A DNA stretch of 64,000 nt from Actinomycetota bacterium. GTDB lineage: Bacteria > Actinomycetota > Actinomycetes > Nanopelagicales > Nanopelagicaceae. The notes beneath the pieces are model-generated. The model made no database searches. It was not told the origin of the DNA and saw only the letters and a program-made list of their open reading frames with translations. Below, piece by piece: positions 48,369-57,434 of the stretch. Numbering within the stretch: the stretch's first letter is position 1; every line of letters starts with the position of its first letter. Location: contig WLPJ01000006.1 of the NCBI GenBank assembly GCA_009698815.1, positions 55,081 to 119,080 on the forward strand, written 5' to 3'. The position numbers and the translations under genes are program-made.

Positions 48369-49394
48369 TTATTCTGCGGAGAATTTATGAATCGTTTTGT
48401 GAAAATATTCCTGATCCGGTTTTAAGACTATCGATTGTAAGTCTGGCAAGACCTGGTTATCTATCACTCGCTGTGTTTCGATGCAGATCGAATTGCCTTG
48501 ACCATATTTAATTCCGTGCCTACCCTTCAAATCTCCCAAACGATTTGCTGAGTAAACTTGCAAGGAAGGTTCAGTGGTTGTTATTGTCATTTTTCGGCCA
48601 CTGGTTGGGTCATAAAGTATTGCTGACTCTGTTAATTCGCCAGTCGTTTTATTCGAAAGAACGAAAGTATTATCAATACCTGGCCAAGGTTCAGTTGGAT
48701 TCGTAGGTAGTGAATGAGCAATTTTGGTAAGCTTTTTAAAATCCATCCCAGATTCGGCACAAGATAAGTACCCACCTGCAGGTAGCAATTGAGCATCCAT
48801 CTTGATTATTTTGTCCGCATTAATCTGCAATTCGTGATCTAGAACGCTAGTTGCACCTGCATCATGAAGGTTCCAATAGATGTGATTTGTTATATTTACA
48901 GGAGTATCTAACGAGGCTTTGGCTGAATATTCGAAAATCAATTCATTTATATTTGTGAGAGAACAAGTAAGCGCAACGGACAAATCTCCCGGATATCCGC
49001 CTTCTCCAGATTTACTCTCATATGAGAACTGCACTGCTTGAGATCCTGCAACTTCACATAATTCGCTCGACCAGAAAACTCTATCAAGTGATTTCTCTTT
49101 ACCTCCGTGTAAGTGGTTTCCCCCTTCATTGACCATCAATTGAAATCTAAGGCGGCCTCCATTGAAAACACCCTTGGAAATTCTTCCCGCAACCCGCCCA
49201 AGAGTGGCACCAAAATAGTTTCCAACATTTATTACATACTCTTCATGAGTATTAAATCCAAGCACAACATTAGAACAATTACCGATCCTGTCTGGGACCA
49301 TTAACTCAATAAGTCGCGCTCCAAAATTGGAAAAAGTGGCCTTCATTCCATTGGAGTTCTCAATTACAAATTCTTTGTTCAGAATCCGAACCAC
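48369..49394 (-). CDS. galM: Aldose 1-epimerase (mutarotase)
   Basis: GRVAGRI, NHLHGG, GYPG, NITNHIYWNL, CIETQ. Confidence 0.9.
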   Translation of the reverse strand: MVRILNKEFVIENSNGMKATFSNFGARLIELMVPDRIGNCSNVVLGFNTHEEYVINVGNYFGATLGRVAGRISKGVFNGGRLRFQLMVNEGGNHLHGGKEKSLDRVFWSSELCEVAGSQAVQFSYESKSGEGGYPGDLSVALTCSLTNINELIFEYSAKASLDTPVNITNHIYWNLHDAGATSVLDHELQINADKIIKMDAQLLPAGGYLSCAESGMDFKKLTKIAHSLPTNPTEPWPGIDNTFVLSNKTTGELTESAILYDPTSGRKMTITTTEPSLQVYSANRLGDLKGRHGIKYGQGNSICIETQRVIDNQVLPDLQSIVLKPDQEYFHKTIHKFSAE

Positions 49395-49406
49395 CTTTTC
49401 TATGGC

Positions 49407-50618
49407 TTAATTAATCTTACTCTTAGTAAATTCTGGACCCGCAGGGTCATATAAAAAATTCATGAATACCAGTTCTGCCGCCCCAAGGACGACTTGGTTT
49501 ACGCCAAGTGCTGCGCGACTGATTCGGACAGACTCGTAACTTGGTTTTAAAGTGTTTATTGCAACAATTTTTTGAACTTTCTTGGTGTCCATACTGTAAA
49601 TAGTTCCCAAAAATCCACCAAGAATAATCAATTCGGGATTTAGCAAGTTAATAAAGTTTGAAATCGCCAATGCCAGATACTCCAACTGTCTTCCGACTTC
49701 ACTTAATACTGCATGAGACTTGGAGGTGCGTAGGGCATAATCAAATTGATCATAATCTGCAATTTTTAAATTTAGTAGAGATAGAAGCTTCTCTCTCGAG
49801 ACCTCTGCTTCCACCGTGCCCACCACATTGGCAGAATCCACACCACCAGTTAATGCAACTCTGGTATGGCCCATCTCGCCTGCATAACCTTTATGACCTC
49901 TCATTAATTGCCCACCGGAAACGATTCCGCCAGCAATACCGCTAGAACCGCCATTGATAAAGACCATATCTTTTATGCCAACACCAGAGCCAAATACCTG
50001 CTCAGCTAAAGTACTTAAGAACGCTTCATTTCCCGCCGAGGTTTTAAACCCTGTGGAGCTTTCAATAAGCTGAATTATAGATACTTCTTTCCATTCCAGG
50101 TGGTGCGAAGATCCAATTAATCCATCTTCTTTCCGAATTAACTCCGGTATAGCAAGACCGATTCCAATAATTTGGAAATTTTCTTTGGAAACACTAGTTA
50201 GACCATCAATGATTGCATTTGTAATTTTTATTGTTTCAGCAATAGTAGGAGCACCAGTTGTTTCAAATCTTGATTGTTTGTGAACATAACCTCCAAGCCC
50301 AATTACCCCAATATTAACTGCATCACTTTCTGGGTTCACAGCTATCGCTATTGCATTTTGATTTGCCACCACCACCGTACTTGGTCGTCCAACTCTTTTG
50401 TTTTTCTTATCCGAAATTTCATTTACTAAACCCTGTGAAGTCAATTCTCCGATTAGTGCAGAGATTGTTGATCGATTAAGCCCAGTTCTTATGGAAAGAT
50501 CTGATCTGGATATAGAGCGTTCATGATGGACGATCTTTAGAACTGTTGAAATATTGAACCGTCTTAAGTCGTCGAGATTATTACCTGCGGACAAATTTCC
50601 CGGTGGCGTAAGCTTCAA
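49407..50618 (-). CDS. ROK family transcriptional regulator (XylR-like)
   Basis: SRSDLSIRTGLNRSTIS HTH, GRPS, GYAGEMGH; the CxCG Zn motif is absent (GGVDSANVVGTVE). Confidence 0.9.
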   Translation of the reverse strand: MKLTPPGNLSAGNNLDDLRRFNISTVLKIVHHERSISRSDLSIRTGLNRSTISALIGELTSQGLVNEISDKKNKRVGRPSTVVVANQNAIAIAVNPESDAVNIGVIGLGGYVHKQSRFETTGAPTIAETIKITNAIIDGLTSVSKENFQIIGIGLAIPELIRKEDGLIGSSHHLEWKEVSIIQLIESSTGFKTSAGNEAFLSTLAEQVFGSGVGIKDMVFINGGSSGIAGGIVSGGQLMRGHKGYAGEMGHTRVALTGGVDSANVVGTVEAEVSREKLLSLLNLKIADYDQFDYALRTSKSHAVLSEVGRQLEYLALAISNFINLLNPELIILGGFLGTIYSMDTKKVQKIVAINTLKPSYESVRISRAALGVNQVVLGAAELVFMNFLYDPAGPEFTKSKIN

Positions 50619-50868
50619 ATTTCCTCCGGTTAATTGCCGTAGATTTTGAACAATAGAATCTTTTAAAAAGTCTGTTAAAGCATCAATAATAGCATGGGCT
50701 GGATCTCGAAACTAGTCAATGTAGACCAGATTATTGGGACTACACGGGCAATTTATCGGGACTCGCATATGATTTTTTGACACTTATAGTTTCGAACACT
50801 TGATACAAATTTTTAATGATCCGAAAGTATCGACAGTTCGCATTAGTGTTTATTTAAAGTTAACGGAG

Positions 50869-51073
50869 ACTACCCGCAACTAACGTTGTGAATATCGGCA
50901 AACATATCCGCCTCTCTCCCGGGGCGCTCCAGCACATAATCACCATACACCTGACAGAAGGCATGAAAGTAATAAACCCCAAGCTCTTCCATCCATTTGT
51001 AGTCATAGATAAATGAGACAACAACGGCGCCAAAATCTGGCAGTGACCGATGCCCACGCGCACGATGGGCCGC
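50869..51073. repeat. 205-bp direct repeat, right copy
   Basis: Begins 1 nt beyond the stop codon of 50870-51436 and matches 36889-37093. Confidence 0.95.
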
Positions 51074-51436
51074 ATCTAGCTCAAGCCCCGCAAGCCCACC
51101 AACTTCGGCCACTGCATCCATCTCCACGACCAACCCACACGTGCAGTGCCATTGCTTACCCGCATAGTTAACGTAACCCCAATGCCATTTCTGGTGCTGC
51201 CACGAATTCAAATTCGCATAATGCAGCCACGCCTTATAGCGCCCGTACTTACGCATTCCGGATTTGCCATCCATCTTGCTGTGCAGTTCCTCTAGCTTTT
51301 CATTTGAAATTGAGACATCGACATAACTCTTCTTATTTCGCTTAGACATAACAAACCAGCCCTTAATGGACCTCATATAGAGACCCGCTCTTCTGGCGGT
51401 GTCTGTCATCGCCAGCAGGTCTTCCTTTAGAACCAC
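50870..51436 (-). CDS. Hypothetical phage-like protein with Cys/His (putative Zn) motifs
   Basis: HCTCG...HRARGH and FCQVYG...HNVSCG; start uncertain (MTDT, MRSI or MSKR). Confidence 0.7.
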   Translation of the reverse strand: MVLKEDLLAMTDTARRAGLYMRSIKGWFVMSKRNKKSYVDVSISNEKLEELHSKMDGKSGMRKYGRYKAWLHYANLNSWQHQKWHWGYVNYAGKQWHCTCGLVVEMDAVAEVGGLAGLELDAAHRARGHRSLPDFGAVVVSFIYDYKWMEELGVYYFHAFCQVYGDYVLERPGREADMFADIHNVSCG

Positions 51437-51520
51437 CGTGCGCGGTTGGCGCGGTTGGTACTAAGCAGCTAAAGGCTTAACGCTTAGTTCTTGACCTACT
51501 TTGAGTATAGACCTAGTGAC

Positions 51521-51542
51521 TGTCAGTTCTCGGTTGTATCTT
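51521..51542 (+). promoter_or_regulatory. PafBC/RecA-NDp-type promoter
   Basis: TGTCAG-N10-TATCTT, ATG 6 nt later. Confidence 0.7.
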
Positions 51543-51548
51543 TGAACT

Positions 51549-51689
51549 ATGAAAGAGAAACCAGAGCAAAAGCAGGGCGATGGTCCTTTCTTTATAGAGG
51601 TTCCCAAGCCAGTAAATCAAATGACACAGGCAGAGAAAGACGCCTTTGTGGATGAGATTCTCAATGCTATTGATGGGGAACATAATTGA
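51549..51689 (+). CDS. Small leaderless protein (46 aa)
   Basis: MKEKPEQKQGDGPFFIEVPKPVNQMTQAEKDAFVDEILNAIDGEHN; its stop overlaps the next start (TTGA). Confidence 0.7.
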   Translation: MKEKPEQKQGDGPFFIEVPKPVNQMTQAEKDAFVDEILNAIDGEHN

Positions 51690-52621
51690 AAAGCTGCCCA
51701 TTGTGTAAATCTAAAACAAGCTTACGAAAAATCGTTTACGGGTACCCAGATGGACCAATAGATGAGAAGAAGTATGCGATAGGTGGCTGTTGTATTTCAG
51801 ATAATGACCCAACGGTTAAATGTATTGAATGTGGATGGGAAGGTGAATTTGTGAACCATATAGGACCTAGACCGATGATTCCAGAATCACCTCAACGAAT
51901 AGATACATCCGTTCTTGAAAGAATTTCAGTAGAAGTCTTATCGGGTATTTCTAAAGAGCAAAGCAAGTTTGCGCCGCTAACTGCTGAGTTAGACGCTACA
52001 TGGGAGAAAATTGCCAAGGAGGCAAAAGAAATAATGGCTATGGGCTACACCGTAGATATTGTTTCTGAAATCCCAGAGATTGAAATCCCTTACCACCCTT
52101 ACCGTGTGATATTTGAAGGATCATCACTTCTGGGTGAATCAAATGGACTTGAGAATTTTATGTTGGCACACGGGAAGCTTTCTGAATTAAGGGATAAGGG
52201 TCGCGCTAAGTGCTATACCCGATGGTGCAAAGCCTGCACTCTTTATCGTTTGCCACTTCAAAATGACGTGACTGGCCATGTTTTAAAAATCTCTTTTCCA
52301 AATGTTATTTCACTTGCCAGTAATATCAACATCGATTGGCGCTGGGAGCGCCCGGATAGTGAATGGGCCAATCAACAGGGTGACCCAGTGAAGGAATATA
52401 AGTCTTTGGTGGAACGTAAGTCCAAGCCTGTCTTTTACGTGCGGCTGGAGTCAGAAGAATACATAAACATGCTGTTGGGAGGGCAAAGCGAAAGAAGTAA
52501 TAGTCGTTTTGTATGGGATTCCCCTGAGGGTATAAGTGTTAAATGTGCTGACTGTGAAAAATGGTTTGCACTCAGCGAAGGCAGGAAATCGCACGATTGC
52601 ACAACTATAACTAGACCATAG
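51686..52621 (+). CDS. Hypothetical protein with terminal Zn-ribbon-like motifs
   Basis: CPLC...IVYGYP...GGCCI...CIEC at the N-terminus; CADC...HDC at the C-terminus. Confidence 0.75.
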   Translation: MKSCPLCKSKTSLRKIVYGYPDGPIDEKKYAIGGCCISDNDPTVKCIECGWEGEFVNHIGPRPMIPESPQRIDTSVLERISVEVLSGISKEQSKFAPLTAELDATWEKIAKEAKEIMAMGYTVDIVSEIPEIEIPYHPYRVIFEGSSLLGESNGLENFMLAHGKLSELRDKGRAKCYTRWCKACTLYRLPLQNDVTGHVLKISFPNVISLASNINIDWRWERPDSEWANQQGDPVKEYKSLVERKSKPVFYVRLESEEYINMLLGGQSERSNSRFVWDSPEGISVKCADCEKWFALSEGRKSHDCTTITRP

Positions 52622-52679
52622 GAAAGCAACACTCATGCTTAAGAGTTGTAGGACATCTATCTAAAAAGCCCTACCAAAG

Positions 52680-53144
52680 TTATCCCCATCCCAGAAGGTG
52701 GTTCTCAAACTCCTTATTGCTTAATGCATGGTGGCTTCTCTTCTTGCGGATGAGAGCGATGGCTTCTTTGGCGCTCATCCCATCTTGCATCAGGATAAGT
52801 CCGATCACGAGACCAGAACGGTTGAGGCCGGCTTCACATCGCACCAACACACGGCGTCCTTTCTTCCACTCTAAATACGCCCACTCTGCAACGTGTTCAA
52901 TTTCTTCGATTATCTCTGGTGCTAGTGGCCCATCTGCAAAACCGAATCGAAGTTCCTTCACCAACCAGCCAACTGGCAGTGCATATGAATTCAGGCTAAC
53001 CACCACATCAAATGGCTTTGGGTCATTCATCGCAGGCAATCGTTTCTGCCCTTGATAAGTAGTCTCGTATTGACCTGTGCCACCCTGCCACAGATTCAAA
53101 GTTATCTCTGAGTAAAGATCAATGTCATCGTCCTCTTGTCCCAT
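52680..53144 (-). CDS. PTP/dual-specificity phosphatase family protein
   Basis: VRCEAGLNRSG (CX5R), FGFADG acid loop, ALSNKEF. Confidence 0.88.
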   Translation of the reverse strand: MGQEDDDIDLYSEITLNLWQGGTGQYETTYQGQKRLPAMNDPKPFDVVVSLNSYALPVGWLVKELRFGFADGPLAPEIIEEIEHVAEWAYLEWKKGRRVLVRCEAGLNRSGLVIGLILMQDGMSAKEAIALIRKKRSHHALSNKEFENHLLGWG

Positions 53145-53150
53145 TAGATA

Positions 53151-53172
53151 AGCCTAGTTGCGGGTGCTGACA
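53151..53172 (-). promoter_or_regulatory. PafBC/RecA-NDp-type promoter
   Basis: Minus strand TGTCAG-N10-TAGGCT, ATG (53144) 6 nt later. Confidence 0.7.
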
Positions 53173-53208
53173 ATGCTGCTGATGAATTGCTCGGATAAAC
53201 CATTAGGT

Positions 53209-53230
53209 TGTCAGTGCCCACACGTAATAT
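53209..53230 (+). promoter_or_regulatory. PafBC/RecA-NDp-type promoter
   Basis: TGTCAGTG-N8-TAATAT, ATG (53238) 7 nt later. Confidence 0.75.
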
Positions 53231-53237
53231 CCCTTGA

Positions 53238-53435
53238 ATGCTGAACCTTTACCCGACTAGTTCTCAACTTGATACCCACGTCTGGCGACTTGATATTGAT
53301 CGAAAAAGAAACTTTATATATCAAGCCTGTTCATGCGGATGGAAAACAAAGGTCCGAGATTTCTATGGAGCCGCTTGCACATATGACACGGCATATCAAT
53401 GGATGAACCACTTTGACTTCAAATCCGGTGATTAA
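53238..53435 (+). CDS. Small phage-like protein with a CxC...H motif
   Basis: QACSCGW...WMNHF; leaderless start behind the promoter above. Confidence 0.65.
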   Translation: MLNLYPTSSQLDTHVWRLDIDRKRNFIYQACSCGWKTKVRDFYGAACTYDTAYQWMNHFDFKSGD

Positions 53436-53575
53436 GAGTTAACGGAAGTAAGGACTTACGCACTACTAATCACGCACACTACCGCATGTAATAAGCCTAG
53501 TAAACGCTCAATTATCGAATTAGGCATCCAAACGACTATCCGCGTTACTACCTCGTTGCTACCTCGAGATTCAAA

Positions 53576-54076
53576 GTGCACACTAGGGAGGTGAAAAGAC
53601 TCATTTTCCTTCTGACTTTAGTTTTAGCCATGGGCGTGATTCCTTCGGCACATGCAGAAGAGATCACCATTGATGGGTACGTCACAATCAATTACCCAGC
53701 CACGGTGAAGCTAAACCAGACAGGGTGTCAAAACATTGCCTTCAAATACGTAACAGATGAAAATTTGCCACGTGAAAATTCTGTCTTTTTAGTCTCAATA
53801 ACACCAAATGACAGTAAGCGGGTTTATGGTTATGCGGCATGGATGTCGACTCTAACTTATATGGGAGATCAGGCACTTCCACCTATGGCTCGTATTGGAG
53901 TTTTACAGGTTAAAATTTGCAGAAAAGCTTTTATGTATTCCTCGAAATCAACTAAGTTGACACTTGCAAGCAAGCCAGGCACCTACACGATTTATTTTAA
54001 CGCAGGAACTTACGATGAAAATGGCTCATTGACCGGGGAAAAGATTGAATTCAAGCGAAAGATTAAGTTCTACTAG
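53576..54076 (+). CDS. Hypothetical secreted protein
   Basis: Signal peptide ending AHA; two Cys; beta-rich appearance. Confidence 0.7.
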   Translation: MHTREVKRLIFLLTLVLAMGVIPSAHAEEITIDGYVTINYPATVKLNQTGCQNIAFKYVTDENLPRENSVFLVSITPNDSKRVYGYAAWMSTLTYMGDQALPPMARIGVLQVKICRKAFMYSSKSTKLTLASKPGTYTIYFNAGTYDENGSLTGEKIEFKRKIKFY

Positions 54077-54094
54077 CCTTTATTTACTCGCATA

Positions 54095-56245
54095 CTAACC
54101 ACTGCCGTACATCTTAAAACACCATCCATCAGCAGTTGTTTTTGCTCTTTCCATGTCCTTATCCATTAGAGAAGAATCATAGGTTCCTTTTTCCTTTGCA
54201 CGGTTCCCTAGTTCGAGCAGCTTGGCGTTGTATGTGCACGATTCCTTATCTTTCCCTAGCATAAAAAGCAGGGCCGAATAAAAGGCAGTTCCGGAGAAAT
54301 CATTGCGCGCTGCCAATTTTTCATACCATTTTGCCGCCTCTTCCAAGTTTTTCTCATCCAGGCGATAAATTGTTCCAAGCTTGCGAATCGCATCGGTATT
54401 TCCTTTATTGGCAGCCTTTAGTAGTAACTGTTTGCCCTCTTCCTTTTGACCTGAGTCATAAGTAACCGCACCAAGTACGTATGTGGAGAGAAGATCTCCA
54501 AAACTCATGCCTTGTGTTGCCCATTTCTTGGCCGCAGCAAAATCTTTGTCGTAAAAATAGGTTATGGCGAGAACGCCCATATTCACCTGGTTACCACTAT
54601 TCGCTGAGACTAATAGCCATTTTCGAGTTAGCTCTTTGTCGCCGATCTGGTCGGCATAACCAATTAAGGCATTTATTCCTGTCGTACTTCCCAATTCGGC
54701 CGCCTTCGTAAGCCATTTGAGGGCATTAGCTTTGTCTTCGAGGTCTCTGTAGTGAATTCCTAGCCAAGCCGCCGCGTCGCTATTGCCATAATCAGCGGCA
54801 TCGCTGAGATACATAATTGCTTCTTTAGTAGCTCCAGCACGAGTGAGAATGAAACCCTGCATCATCTTGCAGTAAGCGACGTCCTTTAAAGGAGCCGTAT
54901 CAGTTTGTGCGTAACTCGTATCTGCACACGTCTTCGTCCAACGATCACGCTCTGTTGTGTTAGATAACTGAGTGTAAGTATCAATTAAATAGCGCATACT
55001 ATTTAGATCATTCTTTTTAGCACCTTTTAAAAACCATTTTTCGGCATCCTTAAAATTTGAGTTTGCAAAGTATTCACGCCCAACGTAGAAAATAGAGGTA
55101 AGGTCTCCCGCATTTGCCGAAGGTAAACATTTCTTTACGACATTGCGTCCTTTATTTTCATATTCAGTTTCACATTCCCGAGAACTGGATGTTTTACCAA
55201 TTTGAGGGCTTAGTGGGTCCTTGGTCACAGTGGGTGTCGTAGAAGGTGTGTCAAGTGGTTTAGGTGAAGCTGAAATTGTGGGAACTTTCGTAGGAATAGT
55301 CGAGTTTCTGTCATAAAGCAGTGATGAGAAAACCGAAATTACTAAAATAAGCGAAACTGAAACAAGAGTCTTCCTAGAAGAAATTACCTTCATGGTTCGT
55401 CGTCGAGATTTCAATGGACGAGGCTGCTTCGTCCTCCCAAGAAGAAACTCAATGTAGCCCAATGCGCTTTGATGGGCTTCAAGAGCGGTTGGGCGGTCGG
55501 ATGGATTTTTCTCCAGGAGGGGGAAAATGAATTTTTCTTGATTCTCGGAAAGACCCTCAAGATTTGGTGAATCTTCATTGATACTTCTCATTAGCTGAAG
55601 GTCATTGTCGCCTTTCCAGATACTTCCACCTTTTGCAGCATAGGCGAGAGTTGCGGCTGCACTAAAGACGTCCATTTTAGGATTTGGCCTAATTGTGAAA
55701 TGTTCCGGCGAGCTGAAGGGGGTTGAGCCTTCGCGGTCACCAAAGATCGCGGTTCTTGTTTGCCCTGAAATATGGGCGATGCCAAAATCAATTAACTTGT
55801 TGCCTGTTTCGCCTAGAATAATATTGCTAGGCTTTATATCTTTATGAATAATGCCAATTTCATTTGCAGTAACGATTGCATGGAAAATATTTGCGGCAAG
55901 GTTGAACCATGCTATTTCTTCGAGAGGGCCTTCGTACTTGACTTTGTCATCAAGAGTAGGTCCGTTAATGAATTCTGTAGCGATCCACGGGAATTCTCCA
56001 CTTAAGTCAGATTCAAGAATTTTTCCGATAGATGGATCCGAAAGTTTTGAAAGAACTTCAGCTTCCGTAGCCAGCCGATTACGTGCTTCATCTGCTTCAA
56101 CAAATTCTTTTCTAATTACTTTGATGGCTGCCTTCTGCGCACCCTTCTCAGCTAAGAAGACTGTTCCAAAGCCGCCTTCTCCCAGACGGCCATTGATGCG
56201 CCAGCCCCCTAACTCATCGGGGTCGTTTGCCTTTTTTGGCTCCAC
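54095..56245 (-). CDS. Membrane Hanks-type Ser/Thr kinase with extracellular Sel1-like repeats
   Basis: LGEGGFG, AAIK, HKDIKPSN, DFG, SPE; one TM; P/T linker; repeated A..W..KAA..G...A units; AAGGAGG RBS. Confidence 0.9.
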   Translation of the reverse strand: MEPKKANDPDELGGWRINGRLGEGGFGTVFLAEKGAQKAAIKVIRKEFVEADEARNRLATEAEVLSKLSDPSIGKILESDLSGEFPWIATEFINGPTLDDKVKYEGPLEEIAWFNLAANIFHAIVTANEIGIIHKDIKPSNIILGETGNKLIDFGIAHISGQTRTAIFGDREGSTPFSSPEHFTIRPNPKMDVFSAAATLAYAAKGGSIWKGDNDLQLMRSINEDSPNLEGLSENQEKFIFPLLEKNPSDRPTALEAHQSALGYIEFLLGRTKQPRPLKSRRRTMKVISSRKTLVSVSLILVISVFSSLLYDRNSTIPTKVPTISASPKPLDTPSTTPTVTKDPLSPQIGKTSSSRECETEYENKGRNVVKKCLPSANAGDLTSIFYVGREYFANSNFKDAEKWFLKGAKKNDLNSMRYLIDTYTQLSNTTERDRWTKTCADTSYAQTDTAPLKDVAYCKMMQGFILTRAGATKEAIMYLSDAADYGNSDAAAWLGIHYRDLEDKANALKWLTKAAELGSTTGINALIGYADQIGDKELTRKWLLVSANSGNQVNMGVLAITYFYDKDFAAAKKWATQGMSFGDLLSTYVLGAVTYDSGQKEEGKQLLLKAANKGNTDAIRKLGTIYRLDEKNLEEAAKWYEKLAARNDFSGTAFYSALLFMLGKDKESCTYNAKLLELGNRAKEKGTYDSSLMDKDMERAKTTADGWCFKMYGSG

Positions 56246-56321
56246 AGCGCACCTCCTTTAGTCGAATTATGTAGTGGATACCGGGTTATTCCTAGCTAAT
56301 CCTTGGTCAATTCTCCTGGAG

Positions 56322-57422
56322 CTAGATCAATTGCAGCAGGATCTCTTCAACTTTCTTAAGGTCTTGCTTGGTTGCTGTTGAAAGTGAAATTGTCACAACA
56401 GATTTTCCGCTTTGCAGTGAAACGTTTAGCAAGCCCTTTCCCGTATAAACAAGGAACTGGGCCTTCATCGCCTTCACAAATAAGGAGATAGCCTCTTCAG
56501 TGACTCCTGAAGATAACTGAATTTTTAATGGTCTCCCATTCAATTCGAGGTCATAGTTATCTAAGTTGTGGAGAACAGCACTTATCGTGGCTTTTTCAGT
56601 TACTGCTGTTGCGCGCTTTTGAAATACTGAAGATGTCTTTGCCTCAGTAATATCTCCTAGCATTGTGGTCCATGTTCTGGATGCCCCATCTTCAAGATTA
56701 TTGAGTCTAGCGGTTAGGGGACTTGCGTCATCTTCTCTCACTTCGATAGAGAAGCTTGGGCCTAATTTTTCGTTGGCAAATAGTTCCCATTGCTTGAAGT
56801 AAGTGTTGATTGCCTTCCTGCTAATGAGGCCCTTCTTACTTGCACCTTCAACAAAATCATCTTCACCATCATCGGCTTGCTCGCCATCGCTAATATCGGA
56901 GAGCAGCTCGTGTGAATCTTTTATCCATTTAGAAAAATCTACTGCGGTAGAAACACTGACTTTTAAGAGGTTATTGGAGCGCACCACCACCTTCTTGAGA
57001 GCATCAGGGTTTAGAAAAGGGGAGTAGACCTGGGGAAGAGATCTCTCCGGATCTAAAATATTGAGATGTGCATTTACGCAGCTGGCACGATTTCGGCTCA
57101 GGTTGAGAGTTTTCTGATGCTCGAGTACCAGTGCACTAATCTCGATAACCACCTCTGTTAAATCAACGCTCTTGGGATTAGTGGCAGGAAGCTTATTAAT
57201 CATGTCACTTAGCTTCTGGCGACCCGCGAGTCCAGAAACTAGGCCAGCCTTTGCGAGCGCAGAATATGTTTTTTCATCAAGCTTGCCTAAGCCTTTACGC
57301 TCCCAGTAGGTAGCGATCTCCGAACTGGCCGCTGCCTCGGTAAGTAAACGGGCACGGTTAGCCTCAAAGCCAAGGTCGCGCTCTAGGCGCTCCTTAATTT
57401 GCTTGCCTGTCATAGATGCCAT
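56322..57422 (-). CDS. Hypothetical cytoplasmic protein (366 aa)
   Basis: Long ORF with a GGAGG RBS; no family recognised. Confidence 0.75.
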   Translation of the reverse strand: MASMTGKQIKERLERDLGFEANRARLLTEAAASSEIATYWERKGLGKLDEKTYSALAKAGLVSGLAGRQKLSDMINKLPATNPKSVDLTEVVIEISALVLEHQKTLNLSRNRASCVNAHLNILDPERSLPQVYSPFLNPDALKKVVVRSNNLLKVSVSTAVDFSKWIKDSHELLSDISDGEQADDGEDDFVEGASKKGLISRKAINTYFKQWELFANEKLGPSFSIEVREDDASPLTARLNNLEDGASRTWTTMLGDITEAKTSSVFQKRATAVTEKATISAVLHNLDNYDLELNGRPLKIQLSSGVTEEAISLFVKAMKAQFLVYTGKGLLNVSLQSGKSVVTISLSTATKQDLKKVEEILLQLI

Positions 57423-57434
57423 TGTGCCTCCATA

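Larger units (their letters stand above)
37094..50868. mobile_element. Direct-repeat-bounded sugar-catabolic island (13,775 bp), no mobility gene seen
   Basis: Flanked by the 205-bp repeat: intact gene at the right end, its 3' fragment at the left end. Confidence 0.55.

Noticed and set aside
51440-51460. GCGCGGTTGG tandem duplication
   Set aside because: Only two 10-bp units with no spacers; not a CRISPR array or iteron set.
50858-53446. AGTTAACGGA repeated at 50858 and 53437 as possible att sites
   Set aside because: 10-mer repeats are expected by chance in 64 kb and no integrase is present; only the position beside the island edge is suggestive.
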